In this document: positions 38,645 to 49,037 of the stretch, piece after piece
Layout of the letters: every line of letters starts with the position of its first letter
How positions within the stretch are numbered: position 1 is the stretch's first letter
Assembly (NCBI GenBank): GCA_965246885.1
Contig: OZ251992.1
Coordinates: 1,824,001-1,888,000 of the forward strand
Length of the DNA: 64,000 nt
DNA from: Abditibacterium sp.
Lineage (GTDB): Bacteria; Armatimonadota; Abditibacteriia; Abditibacteriales; Abditibacteriaceae
Direction of reading: 5' to 3'
Program-made: the position numbers and the translations under genes
The notes under the pieces: model-generated
Databases searched by the model: none
Told to the model about the DNA's origin: nothing
The model's input: only the letters and a program-made list of their open reading frames with translations

Positions 38645-39622
38645 TTATCCGTGCCCGCGTTGCGGCAGATCGTCCGCGTGTTCCAAGAACCAACGGTAAG
38701 TAGATTTAAGGCCCTCGCGCAGACCAATCTTCGCGCTCCATCCGGCTTCTTTGAGGCGCGAGACGTCCATCAATTTGCGCGGCGTGCCATCGGGTTTGCT
38801 CGCGTCGAAGCGCAGTTCGCCCCGGAAGCCCACGACTTCGCGCACCATGTCGGCGAGTTCGCGGATGCTCAGGTCTTGCCCCGTCCCGACGTTGATGGGG
38901 CCGGGCTGCGAGAAGTTGTCGAGCAGAAAGAGGCAAGCGTCGGCGAGGTCGTCGCAGTGCAAAAACTCGCGCTTGGGCGTGCCGCTTCCCCAGATTTCAA
39001 CCGTCGCGGCGCCTGCGCGCTTGGCTTCGTGCGTTTTGCGGAGCAGGGCGGGCAAGACGTGCGAGCCGTGCAGGTCGAAGTTGTCGTAGGGGCCATAGAG
39101 GTTGGTGGGCATCGCCGAGATGAAATCGTCGCCGAACTGGGCGCGGAACGAGTCGCACATCTCGATGGCGGCAATTTTGGCGACGGCGTAAGCGCGGTTG
39201 GTCGGTTCGAGCGGGCCAGTGAGGAGGGCGTTTTCGTGAAGCGGTTGCGGCGCTAACTTGGGGTAGATGCAACTGGAGCCAAGGTTGAGCAGCTTGTGCA
39301 CCCCGGTTTCGTGCGCGGCTTGAATGGTGTTGGCGGCGATTTGGATGTTGTCAAGGATGAAGTCGGCGGGGAACTGCGAGTTCGCCAAAATGCCGCCAAC
39401 GCGCGCCGCCGCGAGGATGACGACTTCGGGCTTTTCGTCGCGGAAGAAGGCGCGCGTCGCGGCTTGGTCGCGCAGGTCGAGTTCGGAGGAGGTACGGGTG
39501 ACGATGTTCTGGAAGCCGTCGGCGCGCAAGCGGCGCATGAGCGCGCCGCCCACCAAGCCGCGATGCCCGGCGAGATAAATCTTCGTGGAGTGGTGCATGG
39601 AAGAGGAGAAAGTGTGCGCCAT
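38645..39622 (-). CDS. fcl: GDP-L-fucose synthase
   Basis: AGHRGLVG, AARVGGI, LGSSCIYP, YAVAKIA, PTNLYGP, WGSGTPKREFLH, KPDGTPRK. Confidence 0.96.
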   Translation of the reverse strand: MAHTFSSSMHHSTKIYLAGHRGLVGGALMRRLRADGFQNIVTRTSSELDLRDQAATRAFFRDEKPEVVILAAARVGGILANSQFPADFILDNIQIAANTIQAAHETGVHKLLNLGSSCIYPKLAPQPLHENALLTGPLEPTNRAYAVAKIAAIEMCDSFRAQFGDDFISAMPTNLYGPYDNFDLHGSHVLPALLRKTHEAKRAGAATVEIWGSGTPKREFLHCDDLADACLFLLDNFSQPGPINVGTGQDLSIRELADMVREVVGFRGELRFDASKPDGTPRKLMDVSRLKEAGWSAKIGLREGLKSTYRWFLEHADDLPQRGHG

Positions 39623-40861
39623 TTATCGCTTGGGCGCAGTTACTTTGAGGATGAGGTCGTGGAACTGTCCGGCGATTTGGTCGAGGTTGTAATCGCGTTC
39701 AAAAGCGCGGCGCGCGGCTTCGCCCATTGCGCGCGCGCGGTCGGGCGCATCAGCGAGGGCTTCTATAGCGCGTGCCAAACCGGGCGCGTCGTCGCCATTC
39801 ACGCGCACGCCGCAACTTTCCTCGGCCAAGACGCGCGCCGTTTCCGCCGTCTCGCCCATCAGGGCAATGGTAGCTCGTCCCGCCGCCAGCAGGTTGTAGA
39901 ACTTGCACGGCACGGCTAACCCCTCCGTTCCTTTTTCAAGCGTTATGAGCGCCACATCGCAAGCGCCGAGCAGATCGGGCAGTTCCTCGGCGGGCACGAA
40001 GTCGAAGAACTGAACGTTGCCGATGCCCTCGTTTTCCGCGCGCGCCTCGACTTCATCTCGCTTAGCGCCGCCGCCGACGAGGGCAAACACGATGTCCTCG
40101 CGCGTGCGTGCGATTAGTTTCGCGGCGTCAAGGATGGCGTCGAAGTTATGGAACTGCCCGAAATTGCCCGCGTACAGCACAACGAACTTCCCGCTCCAGC
40201 CATGCTCCTGCGCAAAGCGCGAGTCGGCGCGCGCGACGGGTTCGGGAATGGCGCCCCAGTTGGAAATCACGCGGATTTTGTCGGGCGACGGGACAAAGCT
40301 CTTGTCCAGATGCTCCTTCATGCAGCGCCCCAACACGACAACGGCGTCGCTTTCGTGCAAAAAGCGACGTTGCATTGCTTGTGCGGCGCGGATGGAGCGC
40401 GAGTTGTGCGACGCCTGACCCATTACGACGGACATATCGGCATAGAGGTCGTGGATGAGGTAGATGACTTTGGTGCCGCGCAACCGTTGCATCCACAGCG
40501 CAACGAGGGGGAGCATCGGCGGGTTGGTCAGCACGACCAGCACGTCGGGGCGCGGGCCAAGCAGCAGCTTCTTCCACACCGCAAGGGAGAACTGAACGCC
40601 CGCCAACAAGCGTTTCACGGTCGAGGGTTGCTTGGTCGGAGGCGTGTCCACGCGGCGAATGTGGATGCCCCGCCAGTTCTCGCGGCGTCGGAGCGGCTTG
40701 TGGGTGCCGCGATAAAGGTGCGTCGAAGTGATGGCACTGATGCGCACGTCGGGGAAGCTGTCGTGCAACTGGCGCGCGAGGTGCGAGATGATAGTGCCGG
40801 TCGAGCCGAGGTTATCGGGATAAAAGAACTCGCACAAAAAGCAGACTTGGAGCGGCGTCAT
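39623..40861 (-). CDS. GT4 glycosyltransferase (WbuB-like)
   Basis: EFFYPD, TNPP, HDLY.D, YAGNFG, VPCKFY. Confidence 0.9.
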   Translation of the reverse strand: MTPLQVCFLCEFFYPDNLGSTGTIISHLARQLHDSFPDVRISAITSTHLYRGTHKPLRRRENWRGIHIRRVDTPPTKQPSTVKRLLAGVQFSLAVWKKLLLGPRPDVLVVLTNPPMLPLVALWMQRLRGTKVIYLIHDLYADMSVVMGQASHNSRSIRAAQAMQRRFLHESDAVVVLGRCMKEHLDKSFVPSPDKIRVISNWGAIPEPVARADSRFAQEHGWSGKFVVLYAGNFGQFHNFDAILDAAKLIARTREDIVFALVGGGAKRDEVEARAENEGIGNVQFFDFVPAEELPDLLGACDVALITLEKGTEGLAVPCKFYNLLAAGRATIALMGETAETARVLAEESCGVRVNGDDAPGLARAIEALADAPDRARAMGEAARRAFERDYNLDQIAGQFHDLILKVTAPKR

Positions 40862-40863
40862 CT

Positions 40864-41637
40864 TTAGTAAGCGCCATGTTTGCTTTTGCCGCAAAGCACG
40901 CCAATAGTTTTGAGCACGATCCACAAGTCAAGAGCGAGGTTGTGACGTTCGATATATCGCAAATCGAGTTCGATGCGCTCTTCGTAAGAGGTATTGTTGC
41001 GCCCGCTCACTTGCCACAACCCCGTGAGTCCCGGCTTGATTGAAAACAGGAGCGGGGCGCTCTGCCCGTATTTCTCTATTTCGGCGGACACGATGGGGCG
41101 CGGCCCCACCATGGATAATGAGCCGCCGAGAACGTTAAAGAACTGTGGCAGTTCATCCAAGCTGGTGCGACGCAAAAAGCGCCCGACACGCGAAACGCGC
41201 GGGTCATCTTTGAGTTTGTGGAAAGCATTCCACTCAGCTTTGAGTTCGGGGTTCTCGCTCAATAAGAGGGCAAATGCCGCGTCACCGTCGTGCCCGACAC
41301 CAGTACAATACTCCCATTTCATGGAACGAAACTTCCATACGTGTAATTCTTGCCCCTTAATTCCAAGGCGCCGATGCTTGTAGATGAGCGGCCCTGGGGA
41401 GGTGAGTTTGATCGCTGCAATCAAAAACAGGAACAACGGAGAGAACAGCGTGATGCACACGCTACTTACAACAATATCGAACAACCGCTTGTCCCATTTG
41501 GGGGGCGGGATGGGCACTGACGAGGGAGTCAACCCCTTCTCCGATGCTGATAGCCCCAACGGTGAGGGATCACCGTGAGATGCCATTGGATTTGCGCTTC
41601 GCACCGAGGCAGGAAAATTAAGCTGTTCAAGCGACAT
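40864..41637 (-). CDS. Sugar transferase (WbaP C-terminal/ExoY-like priming transferase)
   Basis: KRLFD, KFRSM, KLKDDPRVSRVGRFLRRTSLDELPQ, VGPRP, KPGLTGLWQVSGR; start uncertain. Confidence 0.92.
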   Translation of the reverse strand: MSLEQLNFPASVRSANPMASHGDPSPLGLSASEKGLTPSSVPIPPPKWDKRLFDIVVSSVCITLFSPLFLFLIAAIKLTSPGPLIYKHRRLGIKGQELHVWKFRSMKWEYCTGVGHDGDAAFALLLSENPELKAEWNAFHKLKDDPRVSRVGRFLRRTSLDELPQFFNVLGGSLSMVGPRPIVSAEIEKYGQSAPLLFSIKPGLTGLWQVSGRNNTSYEERIELDLRYIERHNLALDLWIVLKTIGVLCGKSKHGAY

Positions 41638-41963
41638 AGGGTTCAAAACAATAAAGAGGATAAGCACGCCCCACAGCCGTTTGCAAGCAGAAAGCGAGCC
41701 AGTGTCAAGTGCGTCCTCCGCCACTCCTCCTTCGCGCGAGACGGCAAGGTTTAACAAAACCACAAGAAGAGGGGAGCGACTATGTCGCAAAAAGGACTCC
41801 CGCGCATAGCTGCTATACCAATGGAAGCCCGCGCGGGCGATGTTGAACCACACTCCGCTCCATCCAAAAGCCGCCGATAAACCAAAGCGTATTTTCGTAG
41901 AACCTAAGCAAAAGCGCCATACTCAACCCGTGAGTATGGCGCCTTCCAGCTCCCCGCGTGGGA

Positions 41964-42971
41964 TTACGGACAGGCCGCGCCACTACGACAGTGGTTGACC
42001 AAGAATTCTCCGGGGTCTCCGGGGGTTGGCGTCCAACCAACCCGAACCGGTACGTGCGCTTTGACGTGGCCATCCACATACAAGTAGTTGTTCATCCCGG
42101 TGTGCCAAGGGTTTGCCCCTGCATTTTGGCACGTCTCCCCAAAGACGTTGGTCGGGTCAATCCACGCAGTGCAAGCCGCCGATGTGACATAATAACCGCC
42201 AACGGTCTTCCAGTCTCCGTTGCGCCCCACGTATCCGTTGTAAAAGCCGTTCTTTGTCAACGACGTTTGAGCGGGAATCCCCTCATAAAGTAGATTTGTC
42301 GCGGCGGGTTCGCTGATAGCTGCCGCCGAGATGCCACTGGGCAAAGCGCCGAGGTTGTTGCTGGTCGCCGAAGTTCCACACGATGACGTCGGGTAAGGAG
42401 ACGAGAAGCTATTGCACGCATCTACATCGGTAACTGGATTTTTAGAGGGGTCGGGAATGAAGGTGGCGCCCGATGCTTTAACGGGTTGGCCCGCAGCGCG
42501 CAAGTAGTTGTTCATTCCATAAGAGCGGGGAAACTTGTAGAAATAGCTGCCCAACCCCTGAATCGGCATGCCGGTCGCATCGAACTTCGCTTGCGTCGTG
42601 GCTGATGCTCCAAATGTTGGCTTGAGGCCTGACCCGAAGTCGGAGCAAACGAAGACTTGTTGCGAAGAGGTGCCGCGATTCTTTAGATAAACGTCGAGCA
42701 CTTTCGAGTTGCCATTAGCGTCCACATCGTCCCAAGCAGGGAGTCCGCCTGTTCCGCCCGGTGCAGGATACTTCTCATCGTAGTCCTGCGAATATTGCTG
42801 AAAAGCTAACCCCAACTGCTTGAGGTTGGATTGACACGAAGCCTGTCGCGCTTTCTCGCGTGCTTGTGAAAAAGCCGGGAAGAGGATGGCAGCCAGCAAA
42901 GCGATGATGGCGATAACTACTAACAATTCTATCAAAGTAAATGCGCGGCGCGCTGGATACGTATTTTGCAT
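41964..42971 (-). CDS. DUF1559 prepilin-type / H-X9-DG protein (second paralog)
   Basis: [39 protein letters not shown]. Confidence 0.93.
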   Translation of the reverse strand: MQNTYPARRAFTLIELLVVIAIIALLAAILFPAFSQAREKARQASCQSNLKQLGLAFQQYSQDYDEKYPAPGGTGGLPAWDDVDANGNSKVLDVYLKNRGTSSQQVFVCSDFGSGLKPTFGASATTQAKFDATGMPIQGLGSYFYKFPRSYGMNNYLRAAGQPVKASGATFIPDPSKNPVTDVDACNSFSSPYPTSSCGTSATSNNLGALPSGISAAAISEPAATNLLYEGIPAQTSLTKNGFYNGYVGRNGDWKTVGGYYVTSAACTAWIDPTNVFGETCQNAGANPWHTGMNNYLYVDGHVKAHVPVRVGWTPTPGDPGEFLVNHCRSGAACP

Positions 42972-43079
42972 AATTGTTGTGTCGAATGCTTATTAGCAAA
43001 GGCAATTGCCCGCCTGCAACACCCAACCCTCTAAATTATGCATCTGGGAGGATTCCCATAGGTTAAGGTTTCTTTATGT

Positions 43080-44069
43080 TTAGGTTAATTCTTGGCCTGT
43101 CAGCCCAAAGGCGTCGTCTCTGAGCCAATCTCCAGAGGCTGTCGATGATCGAGAGACGGCGGGCGAAGGCTGGCGGACGGCGGCGGAGCAATAGCGGACG
43201 TCTGCCGAACGGTGACGGGCGACGGTGAAGCGGCGGCGGTAGTCGCGCGGCGAAACGCCGAAGTGGGCGCGGAAGCGGCGGGCGAAAAAGTTGGCGTCGC
43301 CGTAGCCCACCCGCAGGGCAACGCGGGCAATGGATTCGTCACCGCCCAATAGTAACCCCGCCGCGCGCTCCATGCGCTCGCGCAGGAGATATTCCATCGG
43401 AGGAATTCCCAGCGCCCGTTTGAATTCGCGCGATAAATGTTCGCCCGATACGTGCGAGCGGCGGCTCAGTTCGCCCAATGTCCACGCGCGCTCCGATTCG
43501 TTGGAAAGCAGCGCCGCCGTCGTTGCTACGGCGGGGTGAGGCGCCCGCGTCGGGTTGGCTTCGAGTGGGCAACCGCGCCATAATTCGCATAGCAGGAGGA
43601 GGGTATGCGCGACGCTTTCAGTGCGGTGCGAGGCCGCGACCGCCCGCCGCCATAGGGTCAAGATCGTCTCTAAGCGCGCTTCCTCGATTTGCCAGACCTC
43701 CTCGCCGCGCCATGACGGAAAGCGCCAGCTTTGCACCCGCGCGCCCAACGCTGCATCGCAACCCAACGCCGACAGTTCGCGCCCCCCGAACGCCTCGCTC
43801 CAGCACACGTTGTAAACGCTGAGCGCAACGCACTCCCGATAAGCGTGCCAAGCGCGCGGACGCAGGAAAAGGACGCTGCCCCGTTCCAAGCGCGATTCGC
43901 CGCTTCCGGTTGAGTGGCACCCGGTTCCGCTTTCGATAATCGCCAACTCCCAAAAATCGTGATCGTGCGAAAAGAGCGAGCCATCCAACTGCGCGCTGTT
44001 CAAGTGCAAACCGAACGCGGGGGCGAAGGTCTCACGTCCTGATAGATGCCCCTCAACGGCTTCATTCAT
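43080..44069 (-). CDS. AraC family transcriptional regulator (cupin + HTH)
   Basis: HDHDFWEL cupin; HLSREFKR..G, VGYGDANFFARRFRAHFGVSPRDYR. Confidence 0.92.
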   Translation of the reverse strand: MNEAVEGHLSGRETFAPAFGLHLNSAQLDGSLFSHDHDFWELAIIESGTGCHSTGSGESRLERGSVLFLRPRAWHAYRECVALSVYNVCWSEAFGGRELSALGCDAALGARVQSWRFPSWRGEEVWQIEEARLETILTLWRRAVAASHRTESVAHTLLLLCELWRGCPLEANPTRAPHPAVATTAALLSNESERAWTLGELSRRSHVSGEHLSREFKRALGIPPMEYLLRERMERAAGLLLGGDESIARVALRVGYGDANFFARRFRAHFGVSPRDYRRRFTVARHRSADVRYCSAAVRQPSPAVSRSSTASGDWLRDDAFGLTGQELT

Positions 44070-44162
44070 CGCTCCCAGTCTGCCCGCTTTATCAAGGGCA
44101 TGCTACTTTTGCGCGCGTCGCGTCACCGTTTCGCGGCGGCAGATGCCGCACACTGAAACGCC

Positions 44163-44963
44163 ATGACACCTGTCCAACATTCGTCCACCTTGCTCGATGC
44201 CCCCGACGCGCCAGTCGAGCCGACCGCCGATGCGCTTCCTTCGGAACTCGTTGAGTTCTACCAGTCCAACGGCTTTGTCCGCGTGCGCGGCTTGGTCGAG
44301 CGCGAGCGCGCCTTGGAACTGGGCCGCGCCGCGAGCGACTTTGCAGAGCACGGCCCAACCAATGGGCAGAGCGCGATTTTTAAGCAACTGGTGAACGTGT
44401 GGACGCAGAACGAAGCACTACGTTCTTTGACGCTCGACCCGCGCATGGGACGCATTGCCGAGCGGCTGGCGGGTGCCGAGTTGCGCTTGTGGCACGACCA
44501 CCTACTTATCAAAGCCCCGCACAACGGCGCGGCAACGCACTTCCACCAAGACCAACCGTACTGGCCGCACGCCAACTCCTCGCACCCCCTTTCGGTGTGG
44601 ATTGCCTTGTGCGATGTGCCCGTCGAGCGCGGTTGCATGACGTTTATCCCCGGCTCGCACGAGCGCACCGACCTCCCCGCACAGAACCTCGCCAGCGCGT
44701 CCAGCCTCTTCGAGATTTGCCCGGACTTGACGTGGGCACCGCGCGTCACGCTCCCGCTTCGCGCGGGCGATTGCACCTTTCATCACGGGCGTTGCGCGCA
44801 CATGGCCACGCCCAATCTCACCGACGAACCCCGCGTCGCGCACGTTGTGATTTGGATGGACGCTGCCACGACCTACACCGGCGCCCCGCACGTCGTGACG
44901 CAACCGCTCGGTTTGACCGTCGGGCAGGTCATTGAAGGCGAGCTATTCCCGCGCGTCGGATAG
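44163..44963 (+). CDS. Phytanoyl-CoA dioxygenase family (Fe/2OG) protein
   Basis: HFHQD..YW, SVWIAL, GCMTFIPGSH, AGDCTFHH...H...N. Confidence 0.92.
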   Translation: MTPVQHSSTLLDAPDAPVEPTADALPSELVEFYQSNGFVRVRGLVERERALELGRAASDFAEHGPTNGQSAIFKQLVNVWTQNEALRSLTLDPRMGRIAERLAGAELRLWHDHLLIKAPHNGAATHFHQDQPYWPHANSSHPLSVWIALCDVPVERGCMTFIPGSHERTDLPAQNLASASSLFEICPDLTWAPRVTLPLRAGDCTFHHGRCAHMATPNLTDEPRVAHVVIWMDAATTYTGAPHVVTQPLGLTVGQVIEGELFPRVG

Positions 44964-45371
44964 GGGCGGCTTAGCCAACAAGCGCCGTGCGACAACCTCG
45001 GCGGCGAAGTCGTCAACCGGGCAGGGCGGGGCTTGAGCCGATAAGGGCACCAAGCGGCGCCAACCGCGTGGCGGGTTGACCCCGAAATACAGGGCGCGCG
45101 CTTCGAGAGTAGAGTTCTTTTCGTCCACCAGTTCAACAGAGATGGCCCAACCGCGCTCAAATATAAGCGCTTCGATGAGCGCGCGAGCAGTTTGGGAGGA
45201 AGTCGAGTCGCCCAAAGCGATGCGGGTGATGGGCCAACGCGCGGCGGCGTCTTCGATGGACTGCGCGAGGGCCGTCGTTGCGACGACGGCGCGGAAATGC
45301 ACTTTTCCTTCCGTGTCTACGACGGCCAGCCCGGTCTTGTCGCGGCCCGGATCAACGCCCAAGACGGTCAC
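44943..45371 (-). CDS. YqgF/RuvX family RNase H-fold nuclease
   Basis: LGVDPGRDKTGLA, VDEKNSTLEAR..YF...PPRGW, VDDFAA. Confidence 0.85.
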   Translation of the reverse strand: MTVLGVDPGRDKTGLAVVDTEGKVHFRAVVATTALAQSIEDAAARWPITRIALGDSTSSQTARALIEALIFERGWAISVELVDEKNSTLEARALYFGVNPPRGWRRLVPLSAQAPPCPVDDFAAEVVARRLLAKPPLSDARE

Positions 45372-46981
45372 GCCACATCCCCCACTACAAAGCGCACTTG
45401 GAGAGGCTCGGCGGAGTCCAAGTCGCGCGCTGCCACCACCCGAACCGTCACCGGATGCCCCACCTTTTGCACTTGCCGCAAGGCATCGAAGAGTTTTTGG
45501 CCGGTATCGCCGTCGAAGAAGTTCTGCTCTTCTGAGGACAATGGCGGCGAAGCCCCATTCTTAACGGCGCTGAGTCGGGCGTCATCCACGAGGCGCTGCA
45601 AATCGCCAAAGATGGCCGACTCGCTTTTGCGCGCGTCAATGGGCGCTTGAGTAATGATCTGGCGGGCGCTGTAGATGGTGCGAATGGGCACGAACACGAA
45701 GCGCGCAGCGACGACGGTAGTGGTCGCGGGGTAGTTGAAGGCCGACACGAGGCGGGCCGACACCGTTTGGTTGGCCGAAGAAAGCGCGCGGGCATAGACC
45801 TGCACCGTCTCGTCTTCGCTTAGTTCTATGGAGCGCCCCGTCGCTGGGTCGGCGAAGGGTGCGCCGACGACGAACTTAGCGCCCGGCACGAAGCCGTCTT
45901 TGTCGCCAACGGCCACGCGAGCGGCATCAATAAGGATGCGAAGCTGACGCACGATTTCTTCGGGGTGGTTAGTGGCATCGAAGCGGCGCTCGGCGAGCGT
46001 TTTGTCTACGGGCACACGGATGTCGCTAAACGCCAAGCCTTCGGCCAGTTCTCCGTATTGGGTGGCGGCAAGTTGCGCCTGCCCCACGTCGTCGTGGAGC
46101 GCTTTGACCTGTTTTTGTAAGCTGTTGCGCGCTGCCCGCGCCGCGTTCACTTCTTTTTGCGCTTGTGCGACTTCGCGGTAGGAGGCGGCAACTTCGCGGT
46201 AAGACTTTTCCAATTTCGCTTGCGTGCTTCCCAACTTCAAGTTCACTATCGCCAAGCGCACGTTGGCTTCGTTCAAGCGCGCTTGGCCCTGCGCGAGGCG
46301 GGCTTGCGTGCGTTGTAGCGCGAGTTGCGCTTTTTGGAGGGCGCCCTGCGCAACCTGCTCTTGGGTGCGGGCCGCGATTGCCGCAAGGCGGGCGCGCCCC
46401 TCGTTTGCCAAAGCGACTTGGGCGCCGTGCCGCGCGTTTTGCTCGCCGCGCCGCGCCACTTGTTCACCGAGTTGCGCGCGTTGGAGGTTGCGTTGCGCGC
46501 TTTGAAAGGCGCTTTGGGCTTGTTGGGCGGCGCTTTGGAAACGTCTCGCTTCGGTTTGAGACTGTTGGGCTTGAGCGCGCGCCGTCTGCGCTTGACCGCG
46601 AAACGCGGCGACGCTGGCTTGGGCGGTAGTCGCCGCGCTTTGCGCTTGGGCGCGGCGCTCGTCGGCGCGGCGGGTGCCCTCTTGGGAAAGGCGCAGTTTT
46701 TCCGCTGCCTCTTGCGTATCACGGGCAAAGCGGGCGCGCTCCGCATCGTAGCGGAAGAGTGCATGGCGAAGCGGCGCCACTGCCGCCAAGAGCGCCGCGA
46801 GCGTGAAGATCATTATCACCCAACTGGAAGCGACCGTGAGCAGGGTGGCCGACGTGCGCGGGCGCAGGCCGAAGACGGACACGCGCTTTTTGCCCAGTTT
46901 CTTGCCCAGATTATCCGACCAATGCGCGATAAAAGCCGTCGCCAGAAGCAACGCAACGAATAGCGCCAAAGGTGTCAGCAT
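45368..46981 (-). CDS. DUF3084 coiled-coil membrane protein
   Basis: D.LGKKLGKKRVSVFGLRPR.SA N-terminal motif, long coiled coil. Confidence 0.85.
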   Translation of the reverse strand: MLTPLALFVALLLATAFIAHWSDNLGKKLGKKRVSVFGLRPRTSATLLTVASSWVIMIFTLAALLAAVAPLRHALFRYDAERARFARDTQEAAEKLRLSQEGTRRADERRAQAQSAATTAQASVAAFRGQAQTARAQAQQSQTEARRFQSAAQQAQSAFQSAQRNLQRAQLGEQVARRGEQNARHGAQVALANEGRARLAAIAARTQEQVAQGALQKAQLALQRTQARLAQGQARLNEANVRLAIVNLKLGSTQAKLEKSYREVAASYREVAQAQKEVNAARAARNSLQKQVKALHDDVGQAQLAATQYGELAEGLAFSDIRVPVDKTLAERRFDATNHPEEIVRQLRILIDAARVAVGDKDGFVPGAKFVVGAPFADPATGRSIELSEDETVQVYARALSSANQTVSARLVSAFNYPATTTVVAARFVFVPIRTIYSARQIITQAPIDARKSESAIFGDLQRLVDDARLSAVKNGASPPLSSEEQNFFDGDTGQKLFDALRQVQKVGHPVTVRVVAARDLDSAEPLQVRFVVGDVA

Positions 46982-47026
46982 GGTGGGTGGCTTCTCTTCA
47001 GACGCGCGAAGGGCGCGCGGTTTCCG

Positions 47027-48277
47027 TCAACTCTTCTGCGCGATGAGTAGAGCGCCCAGCCCCGTCAGAATGAGGAAGGGCAGATACGCGGCAAGGATGG
47101 GCGCCGGGAAGCCGCCTTTGCCCCACTGCGTCACGAGCGTCCAGACGATGTAGTAGCTCAGTAGCACCATCAGCGACAAGCCCAGTGCCAAACCCGCCGA
47201 CGCGGTGCGTTGCGGGCGGATGCCAAGCGGCGCGCCAATGAGGAGCATGGCGAACACCACAAGCGGCGTCGCCAACTTGTCGTGGATGCCAAACGTCGCC
47301 GCGCGCACTTCCGATTCGAGGAAGCCTATTTTCTTCGTGTTGCGCGGGTCGTCGCGCCGCGTTTGACTGGCGCGGGTGGCGAGCGTGGCGCGGTAAGCCG
47401 CCAACTCTTGCATGGAGACCATCTCGAAGTTATGGAGCGCCAACTGCCCCGGCAGGTCGCGCCCGTCTTTGTTTAGCTGAGCGGGGTCAAGCGAGAACTG
47501 CGTTTTGAAGCTCTGCTCGTCGAACTGCATCACGCTGTAGCCGCCCGTTAGCCCGTTCCTGTCCTTACCCGGTGCCGGTTCGCGCGTGGTGCGACCGCGC
47601 ACGAAGACCCACTCGCCCCGTGCTTTGTCCCAGCGCGCGCTTTGGGCGGTGATGTGAAGCGCCGAGCCGTCGGGGTCATACAAGCGGATGTCGGGGCGCG
47701 TTAGCACCAAGTTCTTCTGGTCGAAGTCGTCGGCTTGCACTAACTGCTCGACTTTGCCAGTCGCCGAGTTCTTGCCCACGATCGGGAATATCTGCGACGC
47801 CTTGGCGTTTTTGAGCATGGATACCTGAAGCGCGCCGCGCCGCAGTTCGCACTGGGGCGCCACTTTCTCTTGCAACCAGAACGCGATGCCCGCGAGGACA
47901 ACTGCCGCCACGAGCGGGGCGCGCAACATGCGGCGCAGGCTCATCCCGCCCGCCATGAGGGCCGTCAGTTCGCCGCGCGACGACATCTCCGTAAACGTCG
48001 AGACCGTGCCAAACAGAAACGACGACGGAATGGTGAACACGATGATGCGCGGCATCTGCAACAGCATGAACTCGAACAACACGCCGAGCGGCATCTTTTG
48101 CGACGCCACCTTTTGCGCGCCCGACACAAGCACGAAGGCCATGAACAGCCCAACAAACCACGTCAGCCCGCGCAAAAAGCCGCCCACCACGTTGGATTCG
48201 AGATACCCATCGGCGAGCGGCCACATCCCGCGCCGCGTGCGGATGGGCGACTCCTTGAAAGAACGTGTGCGCGGCAT
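47027..48277 (-). CDS. LptF/LptG family permease
   Basis: MSSRGELTALMAGGMSLRR, LIGAPLG, TM helices flanking a periplasmic domain. Confidence 0.88.
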   Translation of the reverse strand: MPRTRSFKESPIRTRRGMWPLADGYLESNVVGGFLRGLTWFVGLFMAFVLVSGAQKVASQKMPLGVLFEFMLLQMPRIIVFTIPSSFLFGTVSTFTEMSSRGELTALMAGGMSLRRMLRAPLVAAVVLAGIAFWLQEKVAPQCELRRGALQVSMLKNAKASQIFPIVGKNSATGKVEQLVQADDFDQKNLVLTRPDIRLYDPDGSALHITAQSARWDKARGEWVFVRGRTTREPAPGKDRNGLTGGYSVMQFDEQSFKTQFSLDPAQLNKDGRDLPGQLALHNFEMVSMQELAAYRATLATRASQTRRDDPRNTKKIGFLESEVRAATFGIHDKLATPLVVFAMLLIGAPLGIRPQRTASAGLALGLSLMVLLSYYIVWTLVTQWGKGGFPAPILAAYLPFLILTGLGALLIAQKS

Positions 48278-48287
48278 GGACTGGGGA

Positions 48288-49034
48288 TTAGAGGGAGCGG
48301 CCAATTTTTTCACCGAAATACACCTCCCGCGCGCGCTCGTTGCCGAGCAGTTCATCGGGCGAGCCGGACACCAAGATGCGCCCTTCAAAGAGTATCAGCC
48401 CCCGGTCAATCACTTCGAGGGTGTTCTTCTCGTTGTGGTCGGTAATCAGCACGCCGATGCCCAGCGTCTTCAGATTCGCCACGATGTTTTGAATTTCCTC
48501 CTTCTGTATCGGGTCAATGCCAGAGAACGGCTCGTCCAACAGGATGAACTGCGGACTGGACGCCAAGACGCGCGCAATCTCGGTGCGCCGCCGCTCGCCG
48601 CCCGACAGGGCCATGCCGAGCGCCTTGCGACGCGCCACTAAGTCGAAGTTATGCAAAAGCTCTTCGCAGCGCGCCTGACGGGCGGCGCCCGTCATCGGCA
48701 TCAGTTGCAAGATGGCCATGATGTTCTCCTCGACGGACAGCTTGCGGAACACGCTCGCATCCTGCGCGAGGTATCCGATGCCCGCGCGCGCCCTGCCGTG
48801 CATCGGCCAGCGCGTCACGTCCGTCGTGCCTAACTCCACCTTACCCGCGTTGGGTTTAATCAGCCCCATGATCATATAGAAGAGCGTCGTTTTGCCCGCT
48901 CCGTTGGGGCCGAGCAAGCCGACGACCTCGCCGCGCCGCACTTCGAGCGAAACATCGTTCACGACGAGCCGCTCGCCATATTTCTTGACGAGGTGGCTGG
49001 CGGTGATTTGCGCGGGGCCTTCAAGGGGGGGCAT
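48288..49034 (-). CDS. lptB: LPS export ABC ATPase LptB
   Basis: GPNGAGKTT, GIGYLAQ.ASVFRKL, LSGGERRR.EIAR, LLDEPF.GIDP, LITDHN. Confidence 0.95.
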   Translation of the reverse strand: MPPLEGPAQITASHLVKKYGERLVVNDVSLEVRRGEVVGLLGPNGAGKTTLFYMIMGLIKPNAGKVELGTTDVTRWPMHGRARAGIGYLAQDASVFRKLSVEENIMAILQLMPMTGAARQARCEELLHNFDLVARRKALGMALSGGERRRTEIARVLASSPQFILLDEPFSGIDPIQKEEIQNIVANLKTLGIGVLITDHNEKNTLEVIDRGLILFEGRILVSGSPDELLGNERAREVYFGEKIGRSL

Positions 49035-49037
49035 GGC

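Noticed and set aside
42990..43012. Possible sigma54 promoter upstream of the DUF1559 gene
   Set aside because: GG-GC spacing is 11 nt rather than the required 10.
46165..46210. 21-bp duplication (SYREVAA SYREVAQ) in the DUF3084 gene
   Set aside because: This is an ordinary heptad duplication in a coiled coil and is unrelated in sequence to the intergenic arrays.
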